Source: an uncultured virus (IMG/VR IMGVR_UViG_3300028393_000024) (lineage: Duplodnaviria > Heunggongvirae > Uroviricota > Caudoviricetes). From it: DNA of 47,618 nt. A program made the position numbers and the translations under genes. The stretch lies in the IMG/VR virus record IMGVR_UViG_3300028393_000024. The stretch is one strand, 5' to 3'. The notes beneath the pieces were generated by a model that saw only the letters and a list, made by a program, of their open reading frames with translations, was not told the DNA's origin and did not search any database. Positions 27,052-36,326 of this stretch are shown one piece after another; position 1 is the stretch's first letter, and each line of letters begins with the position of its first letter.

Positions 27052-27639
27052 ATGAAAATGGAAACAATTAATCTACGTAAGGCAAACGCAATCCAAAGCG
27101 AGATTCGCAAAGTAATTGCAAGCAAAGATGTCAGTGACACATTAAATGTTACTGAGTACACTCTTAGTATTTCTGATACTCTCGAGAAGGCGATGGCAAA
27201 TTATGCCACTGATGTTACTCGCAAGATAGCATTGAACACTGCTTTGTTTAATATTCGCAAGAGTGTTTCTAAGGCAAACGCTGCAGTTGGTATCAGCGAA
27301 ACATTGACCGAGATCGAGTTAATCGATGCTACGATGGCAGTTTACAGTGGTATTACTACTAAGGACGTGGCAAAATCTTTTGATGAAATTCGTGCTCGTA
27401 TTGAGAAACTGAAAGCAACAACACAAGATGCATCTGCTCGTATGTATGGCGATCGTTTCACTAGTGTTGAAACATCTGTTGTTGAGCAAAGCACCATTGA
27501 TGCTGCCAAGGCAATGGTAAAAAAGTTGAAGCGTCAAAAGCAACAACTTCAAGACAAGTTGTTGACACTCAATGTCAACACAACAATCAACATTGATCTT
27601 GTTGATGAAATGGTATTGAAAGTGGAAGGTATTTTGTAA
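27052..27639 (+). CDS. Coiled-coil protein, possibly DIP1984/septicolysin-like
   Basis: Helical; IRKSVSKANA..ISETL and LQDKLLTLNVNTTI recall that family (by eye only). Confidence 0.7.
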   Translation: MKMETINLRKANAIQSEIRKVIASKDVSDTLNVTEYTLSISDTLEKAMANYATDVTRKIALNTALFNIRKSVSKANAAVGISETLTEIELIDATMAVYSGITTKDVAKSFDEIRARIEKLKATTQDASARMYGDRFTSVETSVVEQSTIDAAKAMVKKLKRQKQQLQDKLLTLNVNTTINIDLVDEMVLKVEGIL

Positions 27640-27643
27640 GTTT

Positions 27644-27889
27644 TGAGGAACAGTGCGGATAGGATAGGGAATAGAGCAAAAATAATACCCTTTAAAGGTA
27701 TTGGATCTGGTCTTGAAAACCAACTCCGAACAATCTGTCCGAATATATAGTGTCTGCTCCATGATTATACTAGACTGTTATAGTCGCTGCTTGTTGCTTC
27801 ATGGATAAACTCTTGTGGGCTGTCTCTTGCATATTGCACACTGCATATTGCTTTGCGACTATTCGCTTGAATTGAAACATTGTTCCTCA
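27644..27889 (+). ncRNA. Unknown structured RNA (about 245 nt)
   Basis: 12-bp closing stem TGAGGAACAGTG/CATTGTTCCTCA and several internal helices. Confidence 0.55.
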
Positions 27890-27892
27890 CCT

Positions 27893-27966
27893 GCGGGATT
27901 AGTTTAATGGCAAAACTACAGTTTTCCAAACTGTTGTCATCAGTTCGATTCTGATATTCCGCTCCA
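27893..27966 (+). tRNA. tRNA-Gly(TCC)
   Basis: ACAGT-TTTCCAA-ACTGT, U73. Confidence 0.9.
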
Positions 27967-28114
27967 TTGTTTAGTGTTATCAAGGTATCGTCATAGGACG
28001 CTATGACTACTCGACAGCAAGGGTGCGACCGACACTGTCTGATATAACTGTTATTCGCTTGTCAGTGCTAGCTACATTGTTGACAAATTGGCACGATAAC
28101 ACTAAACAATGGAG
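27962..28114 (+). ncRNA. Unknown structured RNA closed by a perfect 20-bp inverted repeat
   Basis: CTCCATTGTTTAGTGTTATC / GATAACACTAAACAATGGAG. Confidence 0.55.
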
Positions 28115-28122
28115 TATAAATA
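28115..28122 (+). promoter_or_regulatory. T4 late promoter
   Basis: TATAAATA. Confidence 0.6.
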
Positions 28123-28130
28123 CTTTACTC

Positions 28131-28206
28131 GCCCTAGTAGCTCATTTGGTAGAGCAACTGATTAGTAATCAGTAGGTGGGCGGTTCGAATCCGTCTTAGG
28201 GCACCA
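28131..28206 (+). tRNA. tRNA-Thr(AGT)
   Basis: ACTGA-TTAGTAA-TCAGT, CCA. Confidence 0.88.
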
Positions 28207-28214
28207 TTAATTAT

Positions 28215-28291
28215 CGCAGAGTATGGAAGTGGTCTATCCGCTTGGTCTCATAAGCCAAGAATCGGGGGTTCGAATCCCTCCTCTGCAACCA
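28215..28291 (+). tRNA. tRNA-fMet(CAT)
   Basis: C1xA72 mismatch, CTCATAA loop. Confidence 0.82.
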
Positions 28292-28303
28292 ATAAGGAAC
28301 ATT

Positions 28304-28555
28304 ATGAAAGTGTTAAAATTTCAAGCAAACTGGTGTGGTCCATGCAAAGGGTTATCAATGGTAATCAAAGGTGCTGGTGATAAAATTAAAATGCCAATTG
28401 AAGAAGTTGATATCGATACCAATGTTTTCATGTCGACAAATTTTAATATTCGTTCAGTGCCAACATTGGTAATGGTAGACAAAGAAGAAAAAGAAATTAA
28501 ACGTGTCACTGGCATGCTTCAAGAGAATGAACTATTAGAGTGGCTCGGAGAATAA
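28304..28555 (+). CDS. Thioredoxin
   Basis: WCGPC, IRSVPTL; AAGGA RBS. Confidence 0.92.
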   Translation: MKVLKFQANWCGPCKGLSMVIKGAGDKIKMPIEEVDIDTNVFMSTNFNIRSVPTLVMVDKEEKEIKRVTGMLQENELLEWLGE

Positions 28556-28556
28556 T

Positions 28557-28727
28557 ATGGCTGTCCCAACAATCAAACTCGTAACATATAAAGATCCAGG
28601 TCCAGATGTTTTAATATTCTACTGGGTTCAAATCATTAGACCAACCGAAAGAGTTGGTCCACCATATTTTACATCAAAAGAAGATGCCTATACATGGGCA
28701 GATCAGAATGGGTACAAGTATAAGTGA
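28557..28727 (+). CDS. Small hypothetical protein (56 aa)
   Basis: GGAG RBS; read by hand. Confidence 0.5.
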   Translation: MAVPTIKLVTYKDPGPDVLIFYWVQIIRPTERVGPPYFTSKEDAYTWADQNGYKYK

Positions 28728-28862
28728 CAGACGAAGAAGCAATCCAATTTTATAATGACATGCTTGAACACTTTGGTGAGTTACCAAATTTTGAGCATGA
28801 ACCAATTCGGTTCGCATCCTATGTCAAGATGTACAAATATTATATCAGAAGCAGAGAAGTAA

Positions 28863-29069
28863 ATGAGCAAAGTATCGATACCACTATTCACAACTGAGAT
28901 AGATAAAATTGTTGAACTCATGGAAAAGTTTCCAGGAGCAGTGATGGTAACAATCACAAGAGAAACAGGTTCAGGAATAGGATATACTGTTGAAGCAGCA
29001 ATTCCCTACGACCATGATGGAGTCAAAGGCGAATTTATAACAGAAATAACAGGGGTTGACACTTGGTAA
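28863..29069 (+). CDS. Hypothetical protein
   Basis: GSGIGYTV...EITGVDTW. Confidence 0.6.
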   Translation: MSKVSIPLFTTEIDKIVELMEKFPGAVMVTITRETGSGIGYTVEAAIPYDHDGVKGEFITEITGVDTW

Positions 29070-29248
29070 GAGATAAATATTTTCAGTTAGATGTTAAGTG
29101 GAAACATGGATTCAAACACAAAGTGTTTTGCCGTGGTTACAATTTAAACTCATGGGTCAAGTTTCAAAACTCAATATTTTGGATTGAGTCAGTTGTTCAA
29201 AAAGAAATAACAGAAAAACAATATATTAAGGCACAGCAATATGTCTGA
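29063..29248 (+). CDS. Hypothetical protein
   Basis: TTG start in a packed operon. Confidence 0.45.
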   Translation: MVRDKYFQLDVKWKHGFKHKVFCRGYNLNSWVKFQNSIFWIESVVQKEITEKQYIKAQQYV

Positions 29249-29420
29249 TGGTGGAAAAGGTAGCAAGGCGAGACCAATAAGTGTACCGATGCATGAATTC
29301 AATGCTCGTTGGGACAATATTTTTAAGAAGTCTCCGAAAGAAATACAGGATCAGCAAGCAGAAGACGAAGCATTTAAAATTATTGAAGAACGAATGCAAC
29401 ATGAAACTAATAAAATATAG
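29241..29420 (+). CDS. Small hypothetical protein (59 aa)
   Basis: MSDGGKGSKARP...WDNIF; read by hand. Confidence 0.6.
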   Translation: MSDGGKGSKARPISVPMHEFNARWDNIFKKSPKEIQDQQAEDEAFKIIEERMQHETNKI

Positions 29421-29625
29421 AGACGCAGGTATGAGCACCTATACCTACTTCTGGACAAGAGAAGAGGGTGGTGTTATTAGTCCCTTCTTTAATAGCGAAG
29501 AAGAAGCAAAGGCATGGACCGAAGATAGATTAGTATCCCATGAAAAACAAAAAGAGTGGGAAGATGAGTATAGAAAAAATGTTTGGGGTAATTGGCCATT
29601 TCCGAAGAAAGATGTAAATGGGTAG
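29401..29625 (+). CDS. Hypothetical protein
   Basis: MKLIKYRDAG...ISPFFNSEEEA. Confidence 0.55.
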   Translation: MKLIKYRDAGMSTYTYFWTREEGGVISPFFNSEEEAKAWTEDRLVSHEKQKEWEDEYRKNVWGNWPFPKKDVNG

Positions 29626-29959
29626 CTATCGCGAAAAGGAATGTCCACACTGCGGTGTTACACATAATAAGCGTGGACCATTTTGCTCGCGATCTTGCGG
29701 TAACCATCGTGTGTTCTCACAAAAAGAACGCATGGAAAAGTCAAAGAAACAAACAGAATTTTTAAAGTCCGACAGTCCTGTTGCTGAACAAAGCAGATGG
29801 ATTATATCAGAGATGGGCAAATTTGCATCAAAGGCAAAGTCTAACCCAGAAATGAAACAAAAGAATTGGGATGACTATAATGTTATCCCCGAACGACAGC
29901 TGCCGAATAACCAATTTGTTGCGGACAACGCAATATGGGAAACGAAAGATGATAGATGA
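29618..29959 (+). CDS. Zn-finger protein
   Basis: CPHCG...FCSRSCGN. Confidence 0.7.
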   Translation: MGSYREKECPHCGVTHNKRGPFCSRSCGNHRVFSQKERMEKSKKQTEFLKSDSPVAEQSRWIISEMGKFASKAKSNPEMKQKNWDDYNVIPERQLPNNQFVADNAIWETKDDR

Positions 29960-30270
29960 GCCCAAAGGAAATACTAGACAAGGCATACGGCAGCATGCCA
30001 AAGGAAGTGGGCTGGCGCATTGATATTTTTGACTTCGGTGTACCACGCAGTTTACATTATTATTGGCTAAAATTAGTACGAAAACTCACTAGATAAGGCA
30101 AACCCCACTGCCACACCACAACTCGCTACAGATGTGGTTTTGAGTAACCCTACGTCCTGTAGGGTTAAATTCCCCTTTAAAATCAACGACTTACAGCGTC
30201 TAAAATAGTGCTTTACATTAATTCACTTTGGAGGTAAACTTACTCTATTGTGATTGAAAAGGAAACTAAA

Positions 30271-30633
30271 ATGCTATCTTGGAACGAAATGTCCCCTTTG
30301 GAACAAGCCCAATGTCAGTATTGGGACATGTACAAGGACGCATATGGCGTTCGCCCACGTGGTGTTGACACAACCAGCTGGACGCTGGAACAATTTGATG
30401 CTGAGTTTGAAACCCTTGCTGTTGTTATTCAGCGTGAGGAAGAACAGCGCAAAATCAACGAAACCGAAGCAGCTGTTCGCTTTGAAGCACAGCTGGTTGA
30501 CCTGATGAAATCGGGTGCTCGTACTCGTGAAGCAGCGATCGCTTGGGTACATGACGCAGAAGGCAGCAACGGCGACGATGAATATCTTTGCTTCCTGTTG
30601 GGCTTGCGTTATGGTTATTTTCGTACTGTTTAA
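30271..30633 (+). CDS. Hypothetical early protein
   Basis: YKDAYGVRPR motif; AAGGA RBS. Confidence 0.75.
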   Translation: MLSWNEMSPLEQAQCQYWDMYKDAYGVRPRGVDTTSWTLEQFDAEFETLAVVIQREEEQRKINETEAAVRFEAQLVDLMKSGARTREAAIAWVHDAEGSNGDDEYLCFLLGLRYGYFRTV

Positions 30634-30807
30634 TTGAGGACAATAACATGTGGATTTATGATGAAGAATTTGATGAATATGTTTATATTCCAACCTACGA
30701 AGAACTGGCAGCATAACCCTACCAGCGGTAGGGGTATGAAAATAGTCCTTGACGTAAATTCGGTTCTAGTGTAAACTTACTCTATTGATTTGATAAAAGG
30801 ATTTAAA

Positions 30808-31017
30808 ATGATTACTCGTGAATTTTTGGCTGGTTTGACTTTCCGTGTTATGACCGAAAACGACAAAATGGGTTTCGCTGGCTGCGAGTCACCTGTGCCC
30901 CTGATCGCTGAAATCGGCGATGGCTTGGTTATCATTGACGGTAACTACTGTGAAGTTGTCAGCGATGACTGCCAGATAATCGCACAGTGCGACGACATAG
31001 TTGGCTTGGCTTACTAA
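30808..31017 (+). CDS. Hypothetical early protein
   Basis: AAGGA RBS; the stop TAA is the start of the next palindrome. Confidence 0.65.
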   Translation: MITREFLAGLTFRVMTENDKMGFAGCESPVPLIAEIGDGLVIIDGNYCEVVSDDCQIIAQCDDIVGLAY

Positions 31018-31108
31018 CCCTACGACTGGTAGGGGTATGAAAATAGTCCTTGACGTAAATGCGCTTTGACTGTATAATTACTTGTAAACTTAAAAAAGGT
31101 AGAAAATT

Positions 31109-31318
31109 ATGAATATCGTGAAAACCAAATCCCAGCTGCGTGCTGAGTCTGAGACCCAAATGGCTGCGTTCCTGGCTCGTGGTGGTGTCGTTGAAGTCAG
31201 CGACCGCCAAGTGCGTCCTCGCAAACAGGTCATGCGTGGCAAGGTGACTCGCACAGCATCAACAGGCACCTCTGGCTTTGCCACAGGATTTCCCCGTAAA
31301 ACCACTATCGCAGTCTAA
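31109..31318 (+). CDS. Small basic early protein
   Basis: MAAFLARGGVVE. Confidence 0.65.
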   Translation: MNIVKTKSQLRAESETQMAAFLARGGVVEVSDRQVRPRKQVMRGKVTRTASTGTSGFATGFPRKTTIAV

Positions 31319-31328
31319 GGAGAAACCT

Positions 31329-31508
31329 ATGCGTGGATCTATCCGTACCTTTGTTGGCTTGATTACCCTCATGGGTGTTGCAGGTGGGCTTGACACAGCT
31401 ACAGACGCACAGTTGCTGCCCTTGGTAGTGATCGCTGGTCTGGCTATCGCCCTCGCCTACTCGGGTGTGACAGCCATGAATAACCCTACAGACCGTAGGG
31501 GTATGTGA
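31329..31508 (+). CDS. Small membrane protein
   Basis: AAGGAG RBS; two hydrophobic segments. Confidence 0.6.
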   Translation: MRGSIRTFVGLITLMGVAGGLDTATDAQLLPLVVIAGLAIALAYSGVTAMNNPTDRRGM

Positions 31509-31576
31509 AATAGTGCTTGACGTAAATTCACTTTTGATGTATACTTACTATATTGAATTGAGAAAAGGAACTAAAA

Positions 31577-31705
31577 ATGACTAAATTTCTGATTGGTGTT
31601 GTGTTCGGTGTAGTGATCGCCACTGTGGGTTTCCAAGGTGTTGCTCGCATGCTTGACACAGGGGTTTCCAAAGTTAAGGCAACTTCGGTTGAACTGGCTC
31701 GATAA
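31577..31705 (+). CDS. Small membrane protein (42 aa)
   Basis: MTKFLIGVVFGVVIATVGF; the stop TAA starts the next palindrome. Confidence 0.6.
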   Translation: MTKFLIGVVFGVVIATVGFQGVARMLDTGVSKVKATSVELAR

Positions 31706-31800
31706 CCTTACCAGTCGTAGGGGTATGAAAATATCCCTTGACGAAAATAGGAAATCGCGGTATACTTACTCTATTGAAATTGAAAATGAAAGTGAATAAA

Positions 31801-32727
31801 ATGTCTTCTATCCGTACCTCTGTGAAATTTGATAAAACCTCTGGCAAGTATGTGTGCCAAATCGGTTCTGCCAAACCCTTCAAAACATCTAAAAAGTCTC
31901 ACATTGAGTGGAGATATAAACAGGAAACAGGTATGGATTTGACCTACGACCAGATCGTTGCTGCCGATGTTGTTGTGCAAACTGCTCGTGACGAAAAGTT
32001 TGGCATCAATACTCGCTTTGAGTTTGTTGAAAAGCTGGTTAAAATGGTTGCTTCAGGTGTACAGCCCTCCGCTGTTATCACTGGTGAAGGTGGTCTCGGT
32101 AAAACCTTTACTGTTACTAAGACCCTTGCTGATGCTGGTTACACCGACATCTCTAACCTTGCTGACTTTCAAGTCGGCACTGTGCTTAACACTCGCAAAT
32201 GTTTCACTCAGGTTAAGGGTTACTCCACTGCCAAGGGTTTGTACCGCACTCTGTTTGAAAACAACAACTCTATCATTGTGTTTGACGACTGTGACTCTGT
32301 GCTCAAAGATCCAGTTGCTTTGAACCTGCTCAAAGGTGCACTTGATTCCTACGGTAAGCGTATTATCTCTTGGAACGCTGACATGCGTGAGGAAGATTTG
32401 CCTAAGTCCTTTGAATTCACAGGTCGTGTGATCTTTATTAGTAACATGACTCAGGACGGTATTGACCAAGCGATTCGCTCACGTTCAATGATGATTGACC
32501 TCACTATGACTACCGATCAGAAACTTGACCGCATGGGTTTCATTGCTTCATCGCCTGAGTTTATGCCCGAGTACAATACTGATGTTAAAGCTGATGCCCT
32601 TGCCCTAATCAAGGAAATCAAAGATGAGTGCAAGGAAATCTCTCTGCGTACCTTGATCGCTGTTTGTAAAATCCGTGCTTCAAACAAGGATTACAAAGAT
32701 CTTGCCACTTACATGTTAACTGCTTAA
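31801..32727 (+). CDS. AAA+-type P-loop ATPase
   Basis: Walker A GEGGLGKT, Walker B IIVFDDCD, VIFISN, AIRSR. Confidence 0.88.
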   Translation: MSSIRTSVKFDKTSGKYVCQIGSAKPFKTSKKSHIEWRYKQETGMDLTYDQIVAADVVVQTARDEKFGINTRFEFVEKLVKMVASGVQPSAVITGEGGLGKTFTVTKTLADAGYTDISNLADFQVGTVLNTRKCFTQVKGYSTAKGLYRTLFENNNSIIVFDDCDSVLKDPVALNLLKGALDSYGKRIISWNADMREEDLPKSFEFTGRVIFISNMTQDGIDQAIRSRSMMIDLTMTTDQKLDRMGFIASSPEFMPEYNTDVKADALALIKEIKDECKEISLRTLIAVCKIRASNKDYKDLATYMLTA

Positions 32728-32879
32728 TAAGAACAAGGGAGGAAGTTATGAAACAAAAGAAAACACTGGGTCAACTGTTACGCAAGAGATTGGGTATCAA
32801 ACCAACTCTGGGACAGCTCTTGCGCATGCGCTTGATGGGGCTGTAACCCTTTTTACTGATTTTTGAATAAGGATATATT

Positions 32880-33098
32880 ATGAAAATTCGTGCCATTGTG
32901 AATGGTGTTTCCTTCTATACAACTACTGCTGCAATCAGAGGTAGACGAGTGGGGGATTTTTCTATGCAAAATGATGCACTTTGCTATATGCTAGAATGCA
33001 TGGGCAAGGATAACGGTATCGGTCGCAGTGTAACATACTATGATCACAAAATGGTACAACACAAATTCGATGTACAACTTTCAAAGGTAGCAAAGTGA
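32880..33098 (+). CDS. Hypothetical protein
   Basis: AAGGA RBS. Confidence 0.55.
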   Translation: MKIRAIVNGVSFYTTTAAIRGRRVGDFSMQNDALCYMLECMGKDNGIGRSVTYYDHKMVQHKFDVQLSKVAK

Positions 33099-33340
33099 AC
33101 ACAACAGATGGAAAAACAATTGAGTATAAGGGTGAAACCTTTGATCGTACACATGGCTCGCCCTTTGATCGTGGTTCAGCTGATTCGCACTATCATCGTG
33201 CACCCAATCCACACTGGTATCCTGGGGGCACCTATGAGTGTGATCGGGTAATAGCAACAGATATGCACGGTATTCAACTACGTGCGTACGCAATGGGTTA
33301 TGAGTACAATGAACGATTCGGTGATAAAAAGGATTATTAA
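33095..33340 (+). CDS. Hypothetical protein
   Basis: HGSPFDRGSADSHY...GDKKDY. Confidence 0.7.
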   Translation: MNTTDGKTIEYKGETFDRTHGSPFDRGSADSHYHRAPNPHWYPGGTYECDRVIATDMHGIQLRAYAMGYEYNERFGDKKDY

Positions 33341-33507
33341 ATGTCAGGATATGAAAGTAAAAAGGCAGCAGCCACAGATAAAATTTCAATCACGCAGGAA
33401 CAGCTGTTTGAAATCGTTATAAAATCGCTGAAGAATCTAACAATGCAAGTTGAAGAATTAAAGCGTAGGGTTGAAGCAATGGAAAAACAGCAAAGGGATG
33501 GCGGAAA

Positions 33508-33723
33508 ATGAAATATGTCTATGTGCTAACTGAGGGAACCGATGACGGAACTACGGTAGTCGGTGTATATGAAACACACGCACTGGCTTTGGCTGAGAAA
33601 ATAGCCATAATCCGTGACTACTTTGATATCTCTGAGGATGAAGTCGCTGATGCTGACCTTGAAGACGAAGTGAGTGGATCGGTTACCTATGCGATTGTTC
33701 AGAGAAAATTGGTGTCAGAATGA
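33508..33723 (+). CDS. Hypothetical protein
   Basis: YVYVL...VVGVY. Confidence 0.6.
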   Translation: MKYVYVLTEGTDDGTTVVGVYETHALALAEKIAIIRDYFDISEDEVADADLEDEVSGSVTYAIVQRKLVSE

Positions 33724-33963
33724 TTACGTACAGCAATAAGTAGTGATCGCTCTCGGTGTGAATCGGTCTCTTGTGTTGAGTTAAGCAGAAAAGCCATTGC
33801 GCATCACAAATACACCGCAAAAATTCGCAGTCCAGGCAGACACCAAAATCGGATTAAAGTCAAGTCATTTCTCGCTGTTTTGCAGAATTAATTCCCTTGA
33901 CATTAATCCCCACTTTAAGGTATAATTCTATTATACCCAGTTGAATACAGAAAGGTCGTTATC

Positions 33964-34272
33964 ATGAGTACCCCATATATGCGTCGTCTATCAGTCGGTC
34001 TTGCCATGACCCTTATTATGAGTGCGGCATCAGCTGACAACAGCAACCCTTCACATAACACGGGATATGGTGGGTCGGGTCAGTACCTAGCACTCATAGG
34101 AGTAGGTACTATACTATCAATTGCTCGTGGCTCAGCACCTGTTGCTGCACTCTCTGGTGTTGGATATAGCACTAGTACAGCAGTGGTGACTATGCCCTTG
34201 AGTGGTGTTCGTTGTGAGTTAACTTCTTTCATGGACAATGGTGTTGTTAGGACAGTAAATTTATGCCGATAG
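33964..34272 (+). CDS. Secreted/membrane hypothetical protein
   Basis: Signal-like N-terminus; downstream of TTGACA-18-TATAAT (33897). Confidence 0.55.
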   Translation: MSTPYMRRLSVGLAMTLIMSAASADNSNPSHNTGYGGSGQYLALIGVGTILSIARGSAPVAALSGVGYSTSTAVVTMPLSGVRCELTSFMDNGVVRTVNLCR

Positions 34273-34274
34273 AA

Positions 34275-34472
34275 ATGGTTGTATTTCGCGAGACCACCAG
34301 TGATTGGGCTGAGGGTAGTAATATAAAGAACGGCACATATATACTGAGTCCTGACAAGCAGTGGATGTATGGGTTTATTCCTAGTGGTAAGAGTGGTCGT
34401 GATGTAAAAATGTTCAAGAACCGCATTGGTTTTGACAAGCGTCATAGGACATTTGTGCGAGTAAAAGGCTGA
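34275..34472 (+). CDS. Hypothetical protein
   Basis: FRETTSDW..NGTYIL..FDKRHRTF. Confidence 0.6.
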   Translation: MVVFRETTSDWAEGSNIKNGTYILSPDKQWMYGFIPSGKSGRDVKMFKNRIGFDKRHRTFVRVKG

Positions 34473-34495
34473 GCGAAGCGAAGACGATATGGGAT

Positions 34496-34524
34496 AGTAT
34501 ATATGAAGTGATAATTAAAGTCAA
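34496..34524 (-). promoter_or_regulatory. Minus-strand sigma70 promoter
   Basis: Reverse complement reads TTGACT-17-TATACT. Confidence 0.6.
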
Positions 34525-34721
34525 GTTTTTATTGCTGTATGTGAGGTAGACTTTTCGCTTTAGAGATCGGGTCCCCTTTAAGTACCTTATGGTGATGCAA
34601 GCCCAAAGGAAACTTTAATTAACATCTCCATGTTTCCCGTCCATACCTCAGCCGATTCTAAGCGAATCCGTCTCAAAAATCGCCCTGCAAAAAATATACC
34701 TGCAAACCCTGTCAACAGTAC

Positions 34722-34750
34722 TTGACTTTAAAGCGTTATGAGAGTATACT
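34722..34750 (+). promoter_or_regulatory. sigma70 promoter
   Basis: TTGACT-17-TATACT. Confidence 0.7.
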
Positions 34751-34900
34751 TACTCTATGAAGGAACTACACTATGTATACACGACATGACTTAATGCTGG
34801 CTGTCAAGGAACTACTTGAACGGCATTGGGATGTAGCTGAGATAGCATTGAAGCTGCATATTGATACAGAAACTATTAGAGTAATTGTGGACTTACTAAC

Positions 34901-35164
34901 ATGAACGAACGAATTAAACAACTTGCTGAACAGGCATATACTGAAGTCATGCACGAGCGTGGTGGCACATACATGGCGTTTGACAAAGAAAAGTTCGCCG
35001 ACTTGATTGTGCGGGAATGTGCCGCTCTTGCTAAATCTAAGTCTGAACGTATCCAATCAATGGAAACAGATGACCGTGGTGACAAGGCACAGATACACTC
35101 TCTAGCATGGCAGTTTGAAGAATTCGGATATGAGATAAAGAAACATTTTGGAGTTGAAGAATGA
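34901..35164 (+). CDS. Hypothetical protein
   Basis: MNERIKQLAEQA...EKFADLIVREC...IKKHFGVEE. Confidence 0.7.
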   Translation: MNERIKQLAEQAYTEVMHERGGTYMAFDKEKFADLIVRECAALAKSKSERIQSMETDDRGDKAQIHSLAWQFEEFGYEIKKHFGVEE

Positions 35165-35385
35165 GCGAACTTACTATACCCTTTGAAGTAGCTGATGGTA
35201 TTACTCGAGCAAATTTACTTGATGCTCGTAATTATTTGAAGAGTGAATTGGCTCAGTGGGCTGAAAATCCCAAGGATGAACAAAATCCTGAGGGTTATTG
35301 GTTACATCCTGATGATGTAGTGAATAATGGTAAGTTAATTCGTGCTCTGGATCTGATTATTAACTACTATGGTGGCGAAGTGTGA
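35161..35385 (+). CDS. Hypothetical protein
   Basis: ATGA overlap; GGAG RBS. Confidence 0.6.
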   Translation: MSELTIPFEVADGITRANLLDARNYLKSELAQWAENPKDEQNPEGYWLHPDDVVNNGKLIRALDLIINYYGGEV

Positions 35386-35717
35386 TTATACTATACATAC
35401 TTGTTGGCTTGTTTGTGTTTGAGATCGTTTTCGGTCTCATTTTCACTGTGTGTATGAGAAAATTCGGTACTTACGGGAGTGGAACGTGGTTTTGATGCGA
35501 TATTTGCTTATTTTTGTTGTTGTAATGGCACTTTTCGCCTGTACAACGACTAATAACACGAAAATCAACTCTGAAAATAGGATAACTATACATAGTAAGG
35601 ATCACGTGGTTTTTGTCCGTGATCCTCAAAATCCTTACAAGAGTGATCAAAAATAAATTTGACTTGCAAGAGTAAAAATGTTATAATAGGATGTCGGGTG
35701 TCTACAAAGGAACTAAA

Positions 35718-35993
35718 ATGATACATAAAGATGGTGTTACTGGTACTAATCCAGATGAAGTGTTGTTAGATGAAGAAAGTAAGAAAAACCCAGACTTGGA
35801 AAAATCCAATGAAGTGTATAAGGATTCGCTTACTAGACTAAAAGAAGCTCGTGCACTGAAAAAAGAAAAGAAAAAGGCTGTTAAGGCAGTTGTTGCTAAA
35901 TTCGGTGATATAAAACTGGCTAAGAAGTTGGTTAAATCAGCTGTAGGCAACTTACAAAGTAGAGTTCGTCGTACCGCTGGTCGAGGAAGATAA
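35718..35993 (+). CDS. Basic hypothetical protein
   Basis: AAGGA RBS; Lys/Arg-rich C-terminus. Confidence 0.6.
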   Translation: MIHKDGVTGTNPDEVLLDEESKKNPDLEKSNEVYKDSLTRLKEARALKKEKKKAVKAVVAKFGDIKLAKKLVKSAVGNLQSRVRRTAGRGR

Positions 35994-36280
35994 TGCTTGA
36001 TATATTTGGACCTACACTACAATGGATAAAAGATGACTTTCGATCTAACTCCTTTCGTTTTGGCATTGAGTTGTTGGCTTGGGCTATCAGCATTGGCTGT
36101 GCTCTTACAATGGCGATCACTGTACCCAATCCTCCGCTACTTGTCCTTTATCCCATTTGGATCACTGGTTGTGCTTTGTACTCTTGGGCTGCTTTCACTC
36201 GGCAATCATTTGGCATGCTGGCTAACTACCTCTTGCTAGTAACCATAGACTCAGTAGGGTTAATTAGAATGTTGACTTGA
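35993..36280 (+). CDS. Small 3-TM membrane protein
   Basis: Hydrophobic segments. Confidence 0.7.
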   Translation: MLDIFGPTLQWIKDDFRSNSFRFGIELLAWAISIGCALTMAITVPNPPLLVLYPIWITGCALYSWAAFTRQSFGMLANYLLLVTIDSVGLIRMLT

Positions 36281-36326
36281 CTTTAATGCGTATTTCATGT
36301 ATAATTGAGATATGAAAGGAAATAAT

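Larger units (their letters stand above)
30145..31766 (+). repeat. Five palindrome+promoter units (30145, 30714, 31015, 31481, 31703) separating small-gene cassettes
   Basis: TAACCYTAC-N5-GTAGGGKTA, then AAATAGTSCTTGACG-like -35 and TATAAT/TATACT/TAAACT with 17-bp spacers. Confidence 0.9.

Noticed and set aside
27962..28114. Known self-cleaving ribozyme (hammerhead, HDV-like, twister) or MITE
   Set aside because: Catalytic-core consensus not recognisable by eye; single copy with no target-site duplication
30145..31766. CRISPR array interpretation of the repeated palindromes
   Set aside because: Spacing is 200-570 bp and contains promoters and genes; no uniform spacers and no cas operon
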